From an uncultured Candidatus Saccharibacteria bacterium (GTDB lineage Bacteria; Patescibacteriota; Minisyncoccia; UBA6257; JACOXY01), in NCBI GenBank assembly GCA_964357615.1, contig CAYHMC010000002.1, forward strand, positions 71,481 through 135,480: a DNA stretch of 64,000 bases, read 5' to 3'. Under the pieces are notes generated by a model. That model searched no databases, was not told the DNA's origin, and worked only from the letters and a program-made list of their open reading frames with translations. This document shows positions 1-9,900 of this stretch, piece by piece. The position numbers and the translations under genes are program-made. Positions within the stretch are counted from its first letter, which is position 1, and each line of letters starts with the position of its first letter.

Positions 1-238
1 ATGGATAAGACGGTGGGAAAATAATTTTTGGATCAACTATAAAACCAGATTGCACTAAATGACACTCACTGCAATATAAAACTTCTGCTGGATAGCTTGA
101 TTCCTCTGTTGGTCTATCTCCTATTGAATGAAAATCATTTACTGGTGGCAAATAGCCCAAAAAAAGAATTGTGGTAAGCGATTTGCCACCACATACCTGA
201 CAATTTGTAACAACCTTGCTTGTTTCGTTTTTAATCAT
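1..238 (-). CDS. Class I SAM methyltransferase with N-terminal Cys4 zinc-ribbon (sugar C-methyltransferase-like); N-terminal fragment, gene runs off window start
   Basis: Minus-strand translation from ATG at 236-238: MIKNETSKVVTNCQVCGG...YCSECHLVQ. Same CxxC...CxxC N-terminal architecture as the 20518-21774 protein. ATGA overlap with stop of GT2 gene. Confidence 0.5.
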   Translation of the reverse strand, partial: MIKNETSKVVTNCQVCGGKSLTTILFLGYLPPVNDFHSIGDRPTEESSYPAEVLYCSECHLVQSGFIVDPKIIFPPSYP

Positions 239-978
239 AAATTTTTAATTGATTTTAACTTAATAGTTTCTGGTCCAAGTCTAAAATATGTAGTACCAAT
301 TGCATAAAAAAACCATCTAGAATAATGTGGGAGCCACTTCCTAAAATTGAACCGACTTTGACCCTTTTCTCTTATTTCCCATACTGCTGGAACTTCTGAA
401 ATGCCCCATTTCATCCTATGACACTTAACTAGAAGCTCGATGGCATAAGTAAAACCTAAGGTCGACTCTAACAGAATAGTATCAAGTATTTTTTTCGAAA
501 ACAACCTTAAGCCATAGCTTGCGTCACTCGCTGGAACTCCAACTACTCTATGGAGTAAAAAAGATGCCACTCTTACAACTATTGATTTTAGAAATGGCCC
601 ACCCCTCATATAGCCCCCCCTCATAAAGCGACTAGCAACCACCACATCATTGCCCTTTTTGAATTCTTGATACATGCGGTCAATAATTCTTGCATTGTGT
701 GCTTCGTCGGCTGGGAACATCAGCACCGCCTCTGCAGAACTTGCTTCAAAACCAGAAATTATAGCGCTATGTACCCCCTCTCCTTTGTTTTTAATAAAGA
801 GTATTGGAAATTCCAATTCACCACTAATTCTTTTAACTACTGGAATAGTATTGTCTTCATCAAAATCATAACAGATAAGAACGCGAAATTGACTCTTTAT
901 AAATTTTTTAAACGAGAATAATGTTTCTGCGATATTCTCTCCTTCGTTATATACGGGAATAATAATATCTAATTCCAT
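235..978 (-). CDS. Family 2 glycosyltransferase, polyprenyl-phosphate sugar synthase type (GtrB/DPM1-like)
   Basis: IIIPVYNEGENI...DFDEDNT and VVASRF motifs typical of GT2 dolichol-P-mannose synthase-like enzymes. Confidence 0.8.
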   Translation of the reverse strand: MELDIIIPVYNEGENIAETLFSFKKFIKSQFRVLICYDFDEDNTIPVVKRISGELEFPILFIKNKGEGVHSAIISGFEASSAEAVLMFPADEAHNARIIDRMYQEFKKGNDVVVASRFMRGGYMRGGPFLKSIVVRVASFLLHRVVGVPASDASYGLRLFSKKILDTILLESTLGFTYAIELLVKCHRMKWGISEVPAVWEIREKGQSRFNFRKWLPHYSRWFFYAIGTTYFRLGPETIKLKSIKNL

Positions 979-985
979 ACATTAA

Positions 986-2797
986 TTATTTTAAATCTCC
1001 TTTTATTTTTTCCCATAAGCTTAAATCTAGCGACGAATCTTTAGCCACATTTATAAGCACGCCCCTTGCAACATCTTCAAAGGTTGATGGGTTAAGCGAA
1101 GGCTTAAATTCCTTGTATCTCTCATAGTAGGATTTTCTTTTGTCACCAACATTTACAGTTCCCACAAAATCACTAAAAAGAACTGTTTTAATGGCCTCTG
1201 AAACCAAATTCAGTGGCATTTTTGATGCATACATATCTGTAGCAGAAGTATCGAATGGGATATGGTCTGGATCAAAAAAACTAGTCCTTAGAATGCAGAA
1301 ATTCGACAGTAGATGAACAGCTGCCTCACCGCCCAATTTCGTCCAACCATAATTATTATAAGGAATAGTTGCATCAGTCTCACTATAGCCACCAGTTACA
1401 CCAGGATAAACTCCGTCTGTTGAAATATAGATAAGCCTTATATTTTTTCCCTCTTTATTTAATTTCAAAATTTCGCGAATCAAATTACATGTCCCAACAA
1501 TATTTGTCTCTATTGCCTGTTGCTTCCATATTTCATTTTCTGACTCAGACATTTTTACAATTGCAGCTGAATGAATTACGGCATCAGGATTATTTTTTTT
1601 AAAATAATCAGCAATTGCATTTTTATTTGTTACATCAAGCTCGCTATGAGATGGCGCTAAAATATTAGGAAAAATTCCAGAGCGAACAATTGATCGTCCT
1701 AAATTACCAGACCCACCAGTTAAAATTATTTTTTGATAATCAACTTTTTGAATTTGATGACTCTTTTTAAGAGATGTTTGGTTATCGCTGTCGAGTTCAG
1801 CAAGCCTTACTACGCGTTTTTGATCATTAGACATCCTAGCCGCTTCTAATACCTTAGCCTGAGCAAGTAAATCAGTTTCATAATTTTTTTTACTTTCTTT
1901 TCCCTTTGATATTTCTTCGCAAAATTCATCTACCATCAACCTAAAATGATCCGCTGGCTCTATAATTAATTCCTGAATCTTATCATCAGCTTCAAGAAAA
2001 ATTTTTGTATTCATATCTCTTGGGACAGCATACGCTCTAGCTGTTCTAATGCTAGCCTTAGTACCAAGAACGCTATACATTGATTGGAAATATGATCCGA
2101 ATATGGAAGTTGCAAACGCTGTTTTACCTTCGGAATAATTAAGCATTATATCGGTTTTGACGCTAACCTCATACTCAGAATCATAATATATGGTACAGCG
2201 GACACTTTCTGGTTCTTCACCAAATAGCATTCTACTTGTATAGACTGGATATGGAACCTGATCATTAAACGATCCCCCTCCAAGTTTTTTACTAAGCGCA
2301 TTACTCTTTTTGTCTGGCATAGCATAACCAAAACACCCTTCAATTTTTAATAATTCTCCTAAGGTTCCGTTTTCAATAAATTCTCTAACTTTTGAATGTT
2401 GGGGGTGATACCTAAACATAAAACCCTCCAACATTCTGACATTATTTTTTTTTGCTGCATCAACCATTTTTTTTGCCGCATCATAAGATATAGCTGCCGG
2501 TTTTTCGCACAATACATGCTTACCGGAATTTGCCGCCTTAATTGCCCACTCTTCGTGCATTGCGTTTGGAAGGGAAACATATACAGCATCAATATCTTTA
2601 TCAATCAAAACATCTTCATAAGACCCGAATTTTTTACAATTAAATTGTAGGGCTATCTCGCGAGCCTTACCTTCTGATCTACTGCCAATCATTGCAAGTT
2701 CTACCAAATTAGAATCAACCAAAGCCGGTAGCATTCCTTTAAGTGCCACCCTAGAACAACCAATAATGCCGAATCTTATTTTTTTCGGAGAATTCAT
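986..2797 (-). CDS. Fusion protein: N-terminal Gfo/Idh/MocA-family NAD(P) oxidoreductase joined to C-terminal RmlD-like NAD(P)-dependent sugar-nucleotide reductase/epimerase
   Basis: N-terminus KIRFGIIGCSRVA (Rossmann, Gfo/Idh/MocA). C-terminal half ILTGGSGNLGRS... resembles dTDP-4-dehydrorhamnose reductase/SDR. Confidence 0.7.
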   Translation of the reverse strand: MNSPKKIRFGIIGCSRVALKGMLPALVDSNLVELAMIGSRSEGKAREIALQFNCKKFGSYEDVLIDKDIDAVYVSLPNAMHEEWAIKAANSGKHVLCEKPAAISYDAAKKMVDAAKKNNVRMLEGFMFRYHPQHSKVREFIENGTLGELLKIEGCFGYAMPDKKSNALSKKLGGGSFNDQVPYPVYTSRMLFGEEPESVRCTIYYDSEYEVSVKTDIMLNYSEGKTAFATSIFGSYFQSMYSVLGTKASIRTARAYAVPRDMNTKIFLEADDKIQELIIEPADHFRLMVDEFCEEISKGKESKKNYETDLLAQAKVLEAARMSNDQKRVVRLAELDSDNQTSLKKSHQIQKVDYQKIILTGGSGNLGRSIVRSGIFPNILAPSHSELDVTNKNAIADYFKKNNPDAVIHSAAIVKMSESENEIWKQQAIETNIVGTCNLIREILKLNKEGKNIRLIYISTDGVYPGVTGGYSETDATIPYNNYGWTKLGGEAAVHLLSNFCILRTSFFDPDHIPFDTSATDMYASKMPLNLVSEAIKTVLFSDFVGTVNVGDKRKSYYERYKEFKPSLNPSTFEDVARGVLINVAKDSSLDLSLWEKIKGDLK

Positions 2798-2821
2798 TTG
2801 TTATTAAAATTTACTCTTATT

Positions 2822-3244
2822 CTATTTAGGTCCAGTATAATTTGGATCCCCGTGACTACCAGCGCCCATACCTAAATTCTCGTGGACTATTGGCTTCTCG
2901 CAATCATCCCATTTTTTAGTGAGGTAGGTAGTATATTCAATATCGGTTATTGCATATGTAACATGGGATTCGCCTTGGGGAATGTAAACAAAATCACCCT
3001 TTCCAACATATAAAAATTCCTCCTTATCATTCTCATCTTTACCTACAACAACTCCATTGCCTGATGTAAAAAGATAATACTCATCAAACTCAGGATGATA
3101 GTGATTGCCTCTTATCTTGCCCTTATTAATAAATTGGAAATTTAATTCAACAATTGGCTTCGTGGGATAGAAAGTAAAAATACCTCCACGACCATCACGA
3201 ACTGTTGCTAAATTGCACTCTGGTTGTAGTTTTTTAATCTTCAT
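2822..3244 (-). CDS. Cupin-fold protein, FdtA/WxcM-like sugar-nucleotide 3,4-ketoisomerase candidate
   Basis: 140 aa, cupin motif GNHYHPEFDEYYLFTSG. Size and context match FdtA-like isomerases. Specific activity is inference. Confidence 0.55.
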   Translation of the reverse strand: MKIKKLQPECNLATVRDGRGGIFTFYPTKPIVELNFQFINKGKIRGNHYHPEFDEYYLFTSGNGVVVGKDENDKEEFLYVGKGDFVYIPQGESHVTYAITDIEYTTYLTKKWDDCEKPIVHENLGMGAGSHGDPNYTGPK

Positions 3245-3329
3245 ATTCTACCATTGTGCCAAAAGACCAAGAAAAACTCAATGGGTTCTCTAGGTTCTAA
3301 GTTTTCTATTAATTACAAAAAATGCAAAA

Positions 3330-3358
3330 TTGACACATAATAGCTTTTATATTATAAA
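3330..3358 (+). promoter_or_regulatory. Sigma70-type promoter (TTGACA-17-TATAAA) for 3391 gene
   Basis: TTGACA at 3330-3335, 17-nt spacer, TATAAA at 3353-3358. AAGGA RBS before ATG 3391. Confidence 0.5.
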
Positions 3359-3390
3359 GAGCGCAGTGTTATAGATAAGAAGGAAACGAG

Positions 3391-3930
3391 ATGAAGCTTG
3401 TTCTGATATATGGATTCCCAGGGTCTGGAAAGCTAACAGTAGGCAAGGAACTTCAAAAACTTACTGGATTTAATCTGCTACACAATCACCTTATAGCAGA
3501 TCTCGTAAAAACAGTATTTGGTTTTGGCCATCCAGTCGGAAAGACACTTAATAAGCGCATAAGAACCACAATCTATGAAATGGCGGCAGAGGGTGGCATT
3601 CCGGGTTTAATTTCTACTTTTTCCTATTACGGCGATGAACAAGCCAATCAATCAGTTAAAGAATGGATTGATGTATTAAAGACAAATGAACATCAAGTAT
3701 ATTTTGTTCGATTGATATGCGCTGGCGAAATACTTGAAAAACGAATCAAAGACCCGAGTCGCAGAAGCACAAATAAAGTAACTGATATTGCCAAACTAAG
3801 ACGAATATTAAAAGAAGAAATTGTAAGCGCAGAAATACCAGAGGAAATTGCCTCAACACTGCGCATTGATAACACAACCCTCAGCCCCAAAGATACGGCA
3901 CTAAAAATAATAGCTGAACTCGCACTATAA
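3391..3930 (+). CDS. P-loop kinase (AAA_33/chloramphenicol-phosphotransferase-like)
   Basis: Walker A GFPGSGKLT at N-terminus, ~180 aa. Confidence 0.55.
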   Translation: MKLVLIYGFPGSGKLTVGKELQKLTGFNLLHNHLIADLVKTVFGFGHPVGKTLNKRIRTTIYEMAAEGGIPGLISTFSYYGDEQANQSVKEWIDVLKTNEHQVYFVRLICAGEILEKRIKDPSRRSTNKVTDIAKLRRILKEEIVSAEIPEEIASTLRIDNTTLSPKDTALKIIAELAL

Positions 3931-3988
3931 GATTAGCCCCCAAATTATTTTGGGGGCTTTATATAAAAATATGATAAAATTATAATAT

Positions 3989-4537
3989 ATGAAAATTGTC
4001 TTAATTGATTTAGATGGACCTCTTGCTGATTTTGAAACTGAATTTCTTAAAATATGGCGAGATAGATTCCCGAATGAATTCTTTTTACCTTTTGAAGAAA
4101 GAACGCAGTTTTATCTAGAAAATGATTACCCGGATAATCTAAAAGATAAAATTAGATCTATCAAAAATGAAAGTGGATTTTTCGCTAGCCTACAACCCAC
4201 AAAAAATAGTATTTACGCCGTTAAAAAAATAGTTGAAATGGGTTTTGAGGTTTTTATTTGTTCAACTGGAATTTATGATAATAAAAATTGCCTTACAGAA
4301 AAAAAACAATGGGTAGAAAAATATCTTGGCGAAGATCTTGCAAAAACTGCTATTTTCACTAAAGACAAGACGGTTATTAGAGGAGATTATTTAATCGATG
4401 ATAGACCAAATATAAAAGGTGTAGTTATACCAGAATGGCAACATGTAATTTTTGACCAGCCGTTCAATGGGGAAGTTAAAAATCTACCTAGGATTAAAAT
4501 AGATTGGTCTAATTGGGAAGAGATTATTTTGCCCTAA
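3989..4537 (+). CDS. HAD-superfamily 5'(3')-deoxyribonucleotidase (NT5C-like)
   Basis: N-terminal DLDGPLADF HAD motif I, ~180 aa NT5C-like layout. Confidence 0.6.
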   Translation: MKIVLIDLDGPLADFETEFLKIWRDRFPNEFFLPFEERTQFYLENDYPDNLKDKIRSIKNESGFFASLQPTKNSIYAVKKIVEMGFEVFICSTGIYDNKNCLTEKKQWVEKYLGEDLAKTAIFTKDKTVIRGDYLIDDRPNIKGVVIPEWQHVIFDQPFNGEVKNLPRIKIDWSNWEEIILP

Positions 4538-4538
4538 A

Positions 4539-5789
4539 CTAATTTTTATTTTTTAAGCTGGTTTTTAAAATCTGATACAGATAGAAATACGAAGCGAAGA
4601 TTATCAAAACTATAGGCAGAAATAACTTTGGGTCGTTGTTGCCAATTTTCATAATCATAAATGGCATCCAAGCGACAAATATATGTATCGAAGAAATTTT
4701 AAAAATAAAATTTTGATTATTTGTAATATATTTATTCATAAGAATTGGTGTGGCCAAAATAAATGCTGGCCATCCATACCCAACTAATCTTTCAATGCTC
4801 GTACCAGCAATAACACCAAAAACATAGTGCGTGACGCCGTAAAGTAGTGCGAGCTTTATCCAAAAAGGTAATACACTAAATTCATTTTTCTTTTTTATGT
4901 AAATAAAAAGGAGGACAAAAGGCAATACACCAAAAATTGTTAAAAGTGTTATTAAGCTTTTTGCGGGTAACGAATAATCAAATCCACAAATTCCCACTTC
5001 TTTTATACTACCGAGAGGTATTATATTTGATAAATCAAAATTAATCAGTGGGGCACAATTATTATAAGTATTAGCCCACGGAATAATGCCCAAGACATTA
5101 GTCATTGAATTAAAGACGAGTTTAGAAAAAAGATAGGTAAAGCCATTTAAATTATGGATATTTGGCTGACCACCACTAATTAATATACTTGAAACAAAAA
5201 AAGAGGCGGCAATAATAATCAAAACTGAATAAGTTAGAATTTTTTTATTTTTTATCCAACTAATTAGCGCGAACAAAAGAGCAAGCAAAATAGTTGATTC
5301 TCTTGTTAAAAACATCAAGAATAACAAAATAACAGTCCATACTTCAGACTTCAGATAAAGTGACAGGAAAAAAAACGCAGTTAGCAATAAATAAAATGCA
5401 TCAGGATGAAAAGTGTATCTTAGCGTGTCGAAAAAATATGGCAAGAAAAAAAGCGGAATGATTAATAATGGGTTTTTTATGTTGTCGCCAAGTATTTTTG
5501 TAACAACAACAAAAAAGAGGAATAACGAGGCAATCACCACAACCCCGAAAGACTGGAAAATATCGAGCCCCGTAAGAAAACTAAAAAGTGAAACCGTAAA
5601 CGGATGCAAAAAACGAGATGAATATGGCTGTATAATTTGATCCCAATTGCCTTCGGCCGCCATTATATACCATTCAATATCACCACCATAGGTGGGACCC
5701 AAATAAATATTTAAATAAAAAAGTGTGGCAACTACAAATGCCGACACAACTATAAAAGAAATGTTTAATCTATTGGTTCTGTCTAGCAT
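4539..5789 (-). CDS. Polytopic membrane protein, candidate GT-C-fold glycosyltransferase
   Basis: 416 aa, >10 predicted TM helices, located in glycan locus. Confidence 0.5.
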   Translation of the reverse strand: MLDRTNRLNISFIVVSAFVVATLFYLNIYLGPTYGGDIEWYIMAAEGNWDQIIQPYSSRFLHPFTVSLFSFLTGLDIFQSFGVVVIASLFLFFVVVTKILGDNIKNPLLIIPLFFLPYFFDTLRYTFHPDAFYLLLTAFFFLSLYLKSEVWTVILLFLMFLTRESTILLALLFALISWIKNKKILTYSVLIIIAASFFVSSILISGGQPNIHNLNGFTYLFSKLVFNSMTNVLGIIPWANTYNNCAPLINFDLSNIIPLGSIKEVGICGFDYSLPAKSLITLLTIFGVLPFVLLFIYIKKKNEFSVLPFWIKLALLYGVTHYVFGVIAGTSIERLVGYGWPAFILATPILMNKYITNNQNFIFKISSIHIFVAWMPFMIMKIGNNDPKLFLPIVLIIFASYFYLYQILKTSLKNKN

Positions 5790-6537
5790 AAAGCATATTG
5801 TCGCCTATGGTTTCAACTCTAACACTAAAACCATTATCTTCTAGATATTTTTTCATTTTAGTTACATTCCTATCACCATCAATATCGTGATATTCCATTC
5901 CAATTTTTTTAATGATTTTAAGTAAGTTTTTTGGCAAGTTAAAAATAATTTCATATTCAGCGCCCTCGCAATCTATTTTAAAGAAATCAATTTTTTTAAT
6001 TTCATTTTCGTTAATAAAATCTTCGAGTCTGACGGTTTGAACTTTAACTTTTTTGCTTGATTTACTATCTGTATAATCAAAAGAATGGGCCGCATTACTA
6101 CCAGAAGATAAAACAAAATCTCTCATCTCGCCGTCTCCAGAAACGGCTTTGTTGTAAGTTAAAATATTTGTAATTTTATTTTGATTAATATTTTCATTAA
6201 GAAGCTCAAAATTCTCTTTAACTGGTTCAAACGCATATATCTTTCCTTTTTTTGCATAAAAAGCCGCTAAAACAGCAAAAAGTCCTATATGCGCCCCTAT
6301 ATCGATGACTATGTCATCATCCTTTATTTCAAAACCATTTGGCAAATACACATTGTTTAGCCATACCTGATTAAATATCACCCTGTCATTAGATCCTGAA
6401 CGCACCATAAGACTAATGCCGTTTTTTAATCTATACACAGTATGCGAACTATTTATCAAATGAAAATAATCGGTGAAATAGGTACTCCAATTTTTAACTA
6501 TCTTTAAAACCTCAAGAATATTTTTTATTTTAGACAT
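5770..6537 (-). CDS. FkbM-family SAM-dependent methyltransferase
   Basis: VIDIGAHIGLFAV glycine-rich SAM motif, FkbM-like length. Confidence 0.7.
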   Translation of the reverse strand: MSKIKNILEVLKIVKNWSTYFTDYFHLINSSHTVYRLKNGISLMVRSGSNDRVIFNQVWLNNVYLPNGFEIKDDDIVIDIGAHIGLFAVLAAFYAKKGKIYAFEPVKENFELLNENINQNKITNILTYNKAVSGDGEMRDFVLSSGSNAAHSFDYTDSKSSKKVKVQTVRLEDFINENEIKKIDFFKIDCEGAEYEIIFNLPKNLLKIIKKIGMEYHDIDGDRNVTKMKKYLEDNGFSVRVETIGDNMLYARQNQ

Positions 6538-6563
6538 TATTTTTTACAGATTAATTTATATCA

Positions 6564-8078
6564 CTACATACAGCTATAAGCAGAGTAACCATATCCTGGC
6601 ATAGTGTTGGATAGTTTATAGCCAAATATTTTTGGCAATTCATTTGAAAACGAATTGGAAATTATACTACATCCCTTTATTTCCGGAGGGTTAATCATAC
6701 CACTATATCTTTGTTGAAAAAAAATCAAAGAAGTGTTTTCTTTTGGTTTTTCTGGCCAAAAGTTATATGAATAAACATTTTTATAGTCTTCTGTTAGTGT
6801 CCACAATCCACCAGTTATACCAACTAAAAATTTTTGCCCCTTGTAATCATTAACTAACTTTAAATAATTAGCTCTTGCGTCGTCAAGACCAGCGTCTTGT
6901 TTTAAAAAATATGGAAATAAAGCTGTTGTTCTTAAAAAACCCGTGGAAACCAAAAAAAACACAAGGATGGTTAAGATTTTTAACCAGCGTTTTGATTCTA
7001 GTGAAAATGAAATCACTACAAGAAAAATAATTGGTGAGAAAAGCGCAAAATAAAACATATGTCCCAAAGGAACTACTATTTTATAAATAACCAATACTAG
7101 TAAAAGAAATGATACTAAAACAACTATCATTGATTTAATCTTGTCTTTTCTTGTTTTAAAAAAATAAAAACTGGCAATAGAAAACAAAATTAGAGCTATA
7201 CCATAAAACGGCGCGATTGGTGATGCTAGGTAATGACTGATTAAATTTGAAACGGTATACCAAGAATCGTTTGTTTGACTAGCGCCATGCTTTACTAATA
7301 ATGCATTTATAAATGTTCCGTCTATTGTTTCTTTTGCATCAAATGGACCGACACCAATAAGCAATAATCCAAACGCAACTGACAATAAAGTTGTTGCGCT
7401 TATTTTAAAAAGTGCATCTTTGGATTTATTCTCTACGCCAAATAAAATTCCTAATATTAAAATCGAGAATATTGCAGCCGGGGGATGAGTGACAAACATA
7501 AGACCAAGCAAAATACCATAGCAAAACCAATCGAATTTTTTACCTGAAAAATAATAAACAAATAATCCTAAGATTACCCACAGACGAGCAAGTACTTCTG
7601 GGCGACCGTTTTCTGCCAAACTTGATGCCAGAGCAAAAAGTCCGAAAATCATCATAAACACACTTAACCAATCAAAATTATTTTTGCTAAATTTATTTCT
7701 AATAACTGTGTAATACATTAAAATAAAAAAAAGGCAGAGCACCGCGATATTAATTAAGGCTATAGCCAAAAATGCCGCCACCGGAGATGCCTCATAGGAA
7801 AGATAACTCACTATTAAAGGGAAAAATGGTGGGTAAAAAAGAAATCTTCTTTGACCCGTTGGATCAAGTATTAAATCAATTTCCCATTCAGAAGGGAAAA
7901 GTGGACTCGCCATTATTGCGCCAGCCCTATATTGAATTGCGGGAACAACAAAGAACTGAGAATCTCCAGCTGGAACCGGATATGCATTAAAGGAAAACAC
8001 CAAAAAAAGAGATGCGGTTAGCGCGAGAGCACCTATAACTACTAATTTTTTAAAATTAATATTCGCAAACAAATTCAT
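6564..8078 (-). CDS. Polytopic membrane protein, candidate GT-C/ArnT-PMT-like glycosyltransferase
   Basis: 504 aa, many TM helices, glycan locus context. Confidence 0.5.
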   Translation of the reverse strand: MNLFANINFKKLVVIGALALTASLFLVFSFNAYPVPAGDSQFFVVPAIQYRAGAIMASPLFPSEWEIDLILDPTGQRRFLFYPPFFPLIVSYLSYEASPVAAFLAIALINIAVLCLFFILMYYTVIRNKFSKNNFDWLSVFMMIFGLFALASSLAENGRPEVLARLWVILGLFVYYFSGKKFDWFCYGILLGLMFVTHPPAAIFSILILGILFGVENKSKDALFKISATTLLSVAFGLLLIGVGPFDAKETIDGTFINALLVKHGASQTNDSWYTVSNLISHYLASPIAPFYGIALILFSIASFYFFKTRKDKIKSMIVVLVSFLLLVLVIYKIVVPLGHMFYFALFSPIIFLVVISFSLESKRWLKILTILVFFLVSTGFLRTTALFPYFLKQDAGLDDARANYLKLVNDYKGQKFLVGITGGLWTLTEDYKNVYSYNFWPEKPKENTSLIFFQQRYSGMINPPEIKGCSIISNSFSNELPKIFGYKLSNTMPGYGYSAYSCM

Positions 8079-8080
8079 AT

Positions 8081-9163
8081 TTAAAAATTAAATTCTAATT
8101 TATCATTTAAAAAATAATTTTTGCTTAGAACAAACTTTGTCCTAGATTTAAATTTATTACTTATGCGCTGACAAAGTCTCCATAAAATATAAGGTAGAAT
8201 TAAAATTATTATTCCAATAATTTCCATTAGATTAAAATCTTTAAAGGATTCTTTTAGCGCGTAGAAGTACTTTTTAAATTCTTTGTTATTAAAATTTTTC
8301 AAAATAACCAATGGCATATTTGCAACAATAGATAGTCCACTAAAAATCTTCAGGAAAAACAAGTGCTTAGAATAATTATATTTTTTGAAAAATAACTCAT
8401 ACGCCTTGCGAGTTTTAATTGCATATATAATTTTGCCATCTGGACCCTCATATCCACCCTGCAATCCAACCTGCTCTTTTCCATGCACAGTCTTAAGATA
8501 AGCTGGTTTTTTATTTACATATAAAAATTTATACTTAGAAATGATTTCTAAAAATATTGGCATATCAAAAGGCTCCATTCTATCGCCTCTTTGAATAAAA
8601 TTAACCTCTTCTTTTAACACTATTTCGAGAGCAGAGACAACATCCTCTCGCCTCATAAAAGAAATAAAACCCGAACTAGCATAACCTAAATATAATCCCC
8701 TATAAAACCAATCTACGGAATAATGCCCTTGCTTTAAATTCAACTCATCTATAAAGCTAAGCTTGCTAGTTTTATTTTCCAATTTAAAACTCGGAATATT
8801 TGCTATGACTGCTGCGGAATCTGGATGTGCTTTAAAAGTTTTAAGTGCTTCTTCTATATAATCTGAAGATAACCAATCATCGCTACCGAGAGCTTGAGAA
8901 TAAAACCCTGTTGCATGCTCATTGGCCTTTAAAAAATTAAAACCGCTTCCGATATTAGTTTCATTTCTAAAATATTTAACTCGTTTATCTTTTCTCGCAA
9001 AATCCAAAACAATTTCTTTTGTGTTATCTGTGCTTGCATTATCACTTACAACTATTTCTATATTTTTATATGTTTGTTGTATGCAACTTTGCAGTGCGCG
9101 GGATATATATAAACCGCTATTATATGCTGGAATCGCTATACTAACCAGTGGTCCTTCTTCCAT
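8081..9163 (-). CDS. Family 2 glycosyltransferase
   Basis: VSIAIPAYNSG...VSDNASTDNT GT2 N-terminal motifs. Confidence 0.75.
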   Translation of the reverse strand: MEEGPLVSIAIPAYNSGLYISRALQSCIQQTYKNIEIVVSDNASTDNTKEIVLDFARKDKRVKYFRNETNIGSGFNFLKANEHATGFYSQALGSDDWLSSDYIEEALKTFKAHPDSAAVIANIPSFKLENKTSKLSFIDELNLKQGHYSVDWFYRGLYLGYASSGFISFMRREDVVSALEIVLKEEVNFIQRGDRMEPFDMPIFLEIISKYKFLYVNKKPAYLKTVHGKEQVGLQGGYEGPDGKIIYAIKTRKAYELFFKKYNYSKHLFFLKIFSGLSIVANMPLVILKNFNNKEFKKYFYALKESFKDFNLMEIIGIIILILPYILWRLCQRISNKFKSRTKFVLSKNYFLNDKLEFNF

Positions 9164-9165
9164 AT

Positions 9166-9900
9166 CTATTTAATTCGCCTTAAGAAACCTCCTGGGGCGA
9201 CTGTAATTAACATTTTATCTTCATATTCTTTATCAACAACAAAATTTTTATTAATCAGTAAAAATTTTTTAACCGCCGTCATAGGACTATCCCCTCTGCC
9301 CCACAATCGATTTTCTTGAGGAATATTTTCGATTACGGTATCAAATACCACAATATAACTATTTTTGCTCACAAAGGGCGAATAGAGTTGAAGCTCGCTA
9401 AACACATGCGAATATGAATGATTTGAATCGAGAAAAGCTAATATTCGTTTTTTGCCCCGTGAAAGTTTAATTACATTTTGAATCATTTTTGGCTCCACAG
9501 AAGAACCCTCAAGCAACTTTATGCGTTTAAATAATTTATGCTTTTCAATTTCTCTTCGATTATGTTTACGAATATCAATATCAATACCAATTACCTCTCC
9601 CTTACCACCAATCATTTCTAAAATAGATGCTGATAAAATAAGCGAACCACCGTGTGCCACTCCCGTTTCAATGATTAGGTCTGGTTTAATTTTCCAAATA
9701 AGTTCTTGTATACCAATAATATCTGAAGGATACTGAATGATTGGCCTTCCAAGCCATGTGAAATTATAGTGATATCTAGCTTTTAAAGATTCCATAAAAA
9801 AATCCCTCGTGGTCTGCTTTAACTTTTTATTTCGACTCATTTTTTTAACATTATTCTTAACCTCCGCTTTAAATTTTTCTATTGGATTTTTTATTTTCAT
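9166..9900 (-). CDS. CmcI/cephalosporin-hydroxylase-family class I methyltransferase (sugar O-methyltransferase candidate)
   Basis: LIIETGVAHGGSLILSA...IGIDIDIRKHNR resembles CmcI (PF04989) family. Confidence 0.6.
   Translation of the reverse strand: MKIKNPIEKFKAEVKNNVKKMSRNKKLKQTTRDFFMESLKARYHYNFTWLGRPIIQYPSDIIGIQELIWKIKPDLIIETGVAHGGSLILSASILEMIGGKGEVIGIDIDIRKHNRREIEKHKLFKRIKLLEGSSVEPKMIQNVIKLSRGKKRILAFLDSNHSYSHVFSELQLYSPFVSKNSYIVVFDTVIENIPQENRLWGRGDSPMTAVKKFLLINKNFVVDKEYEDKMLITVAPGGFLRRIK

Noticed and set aside
667-921. Small plus-strand ORFs (667-921, 674-871) inside the GT2 gene
   Set aside because: Fully embedded antisense to a well-supported gene, with no RBS or motif
2146-2650. Short ORFs on both strands inside the 986-2797 fusion gene
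   Set aside because: Embedded in a long conserved-looking CDS. Low-complexity translations.
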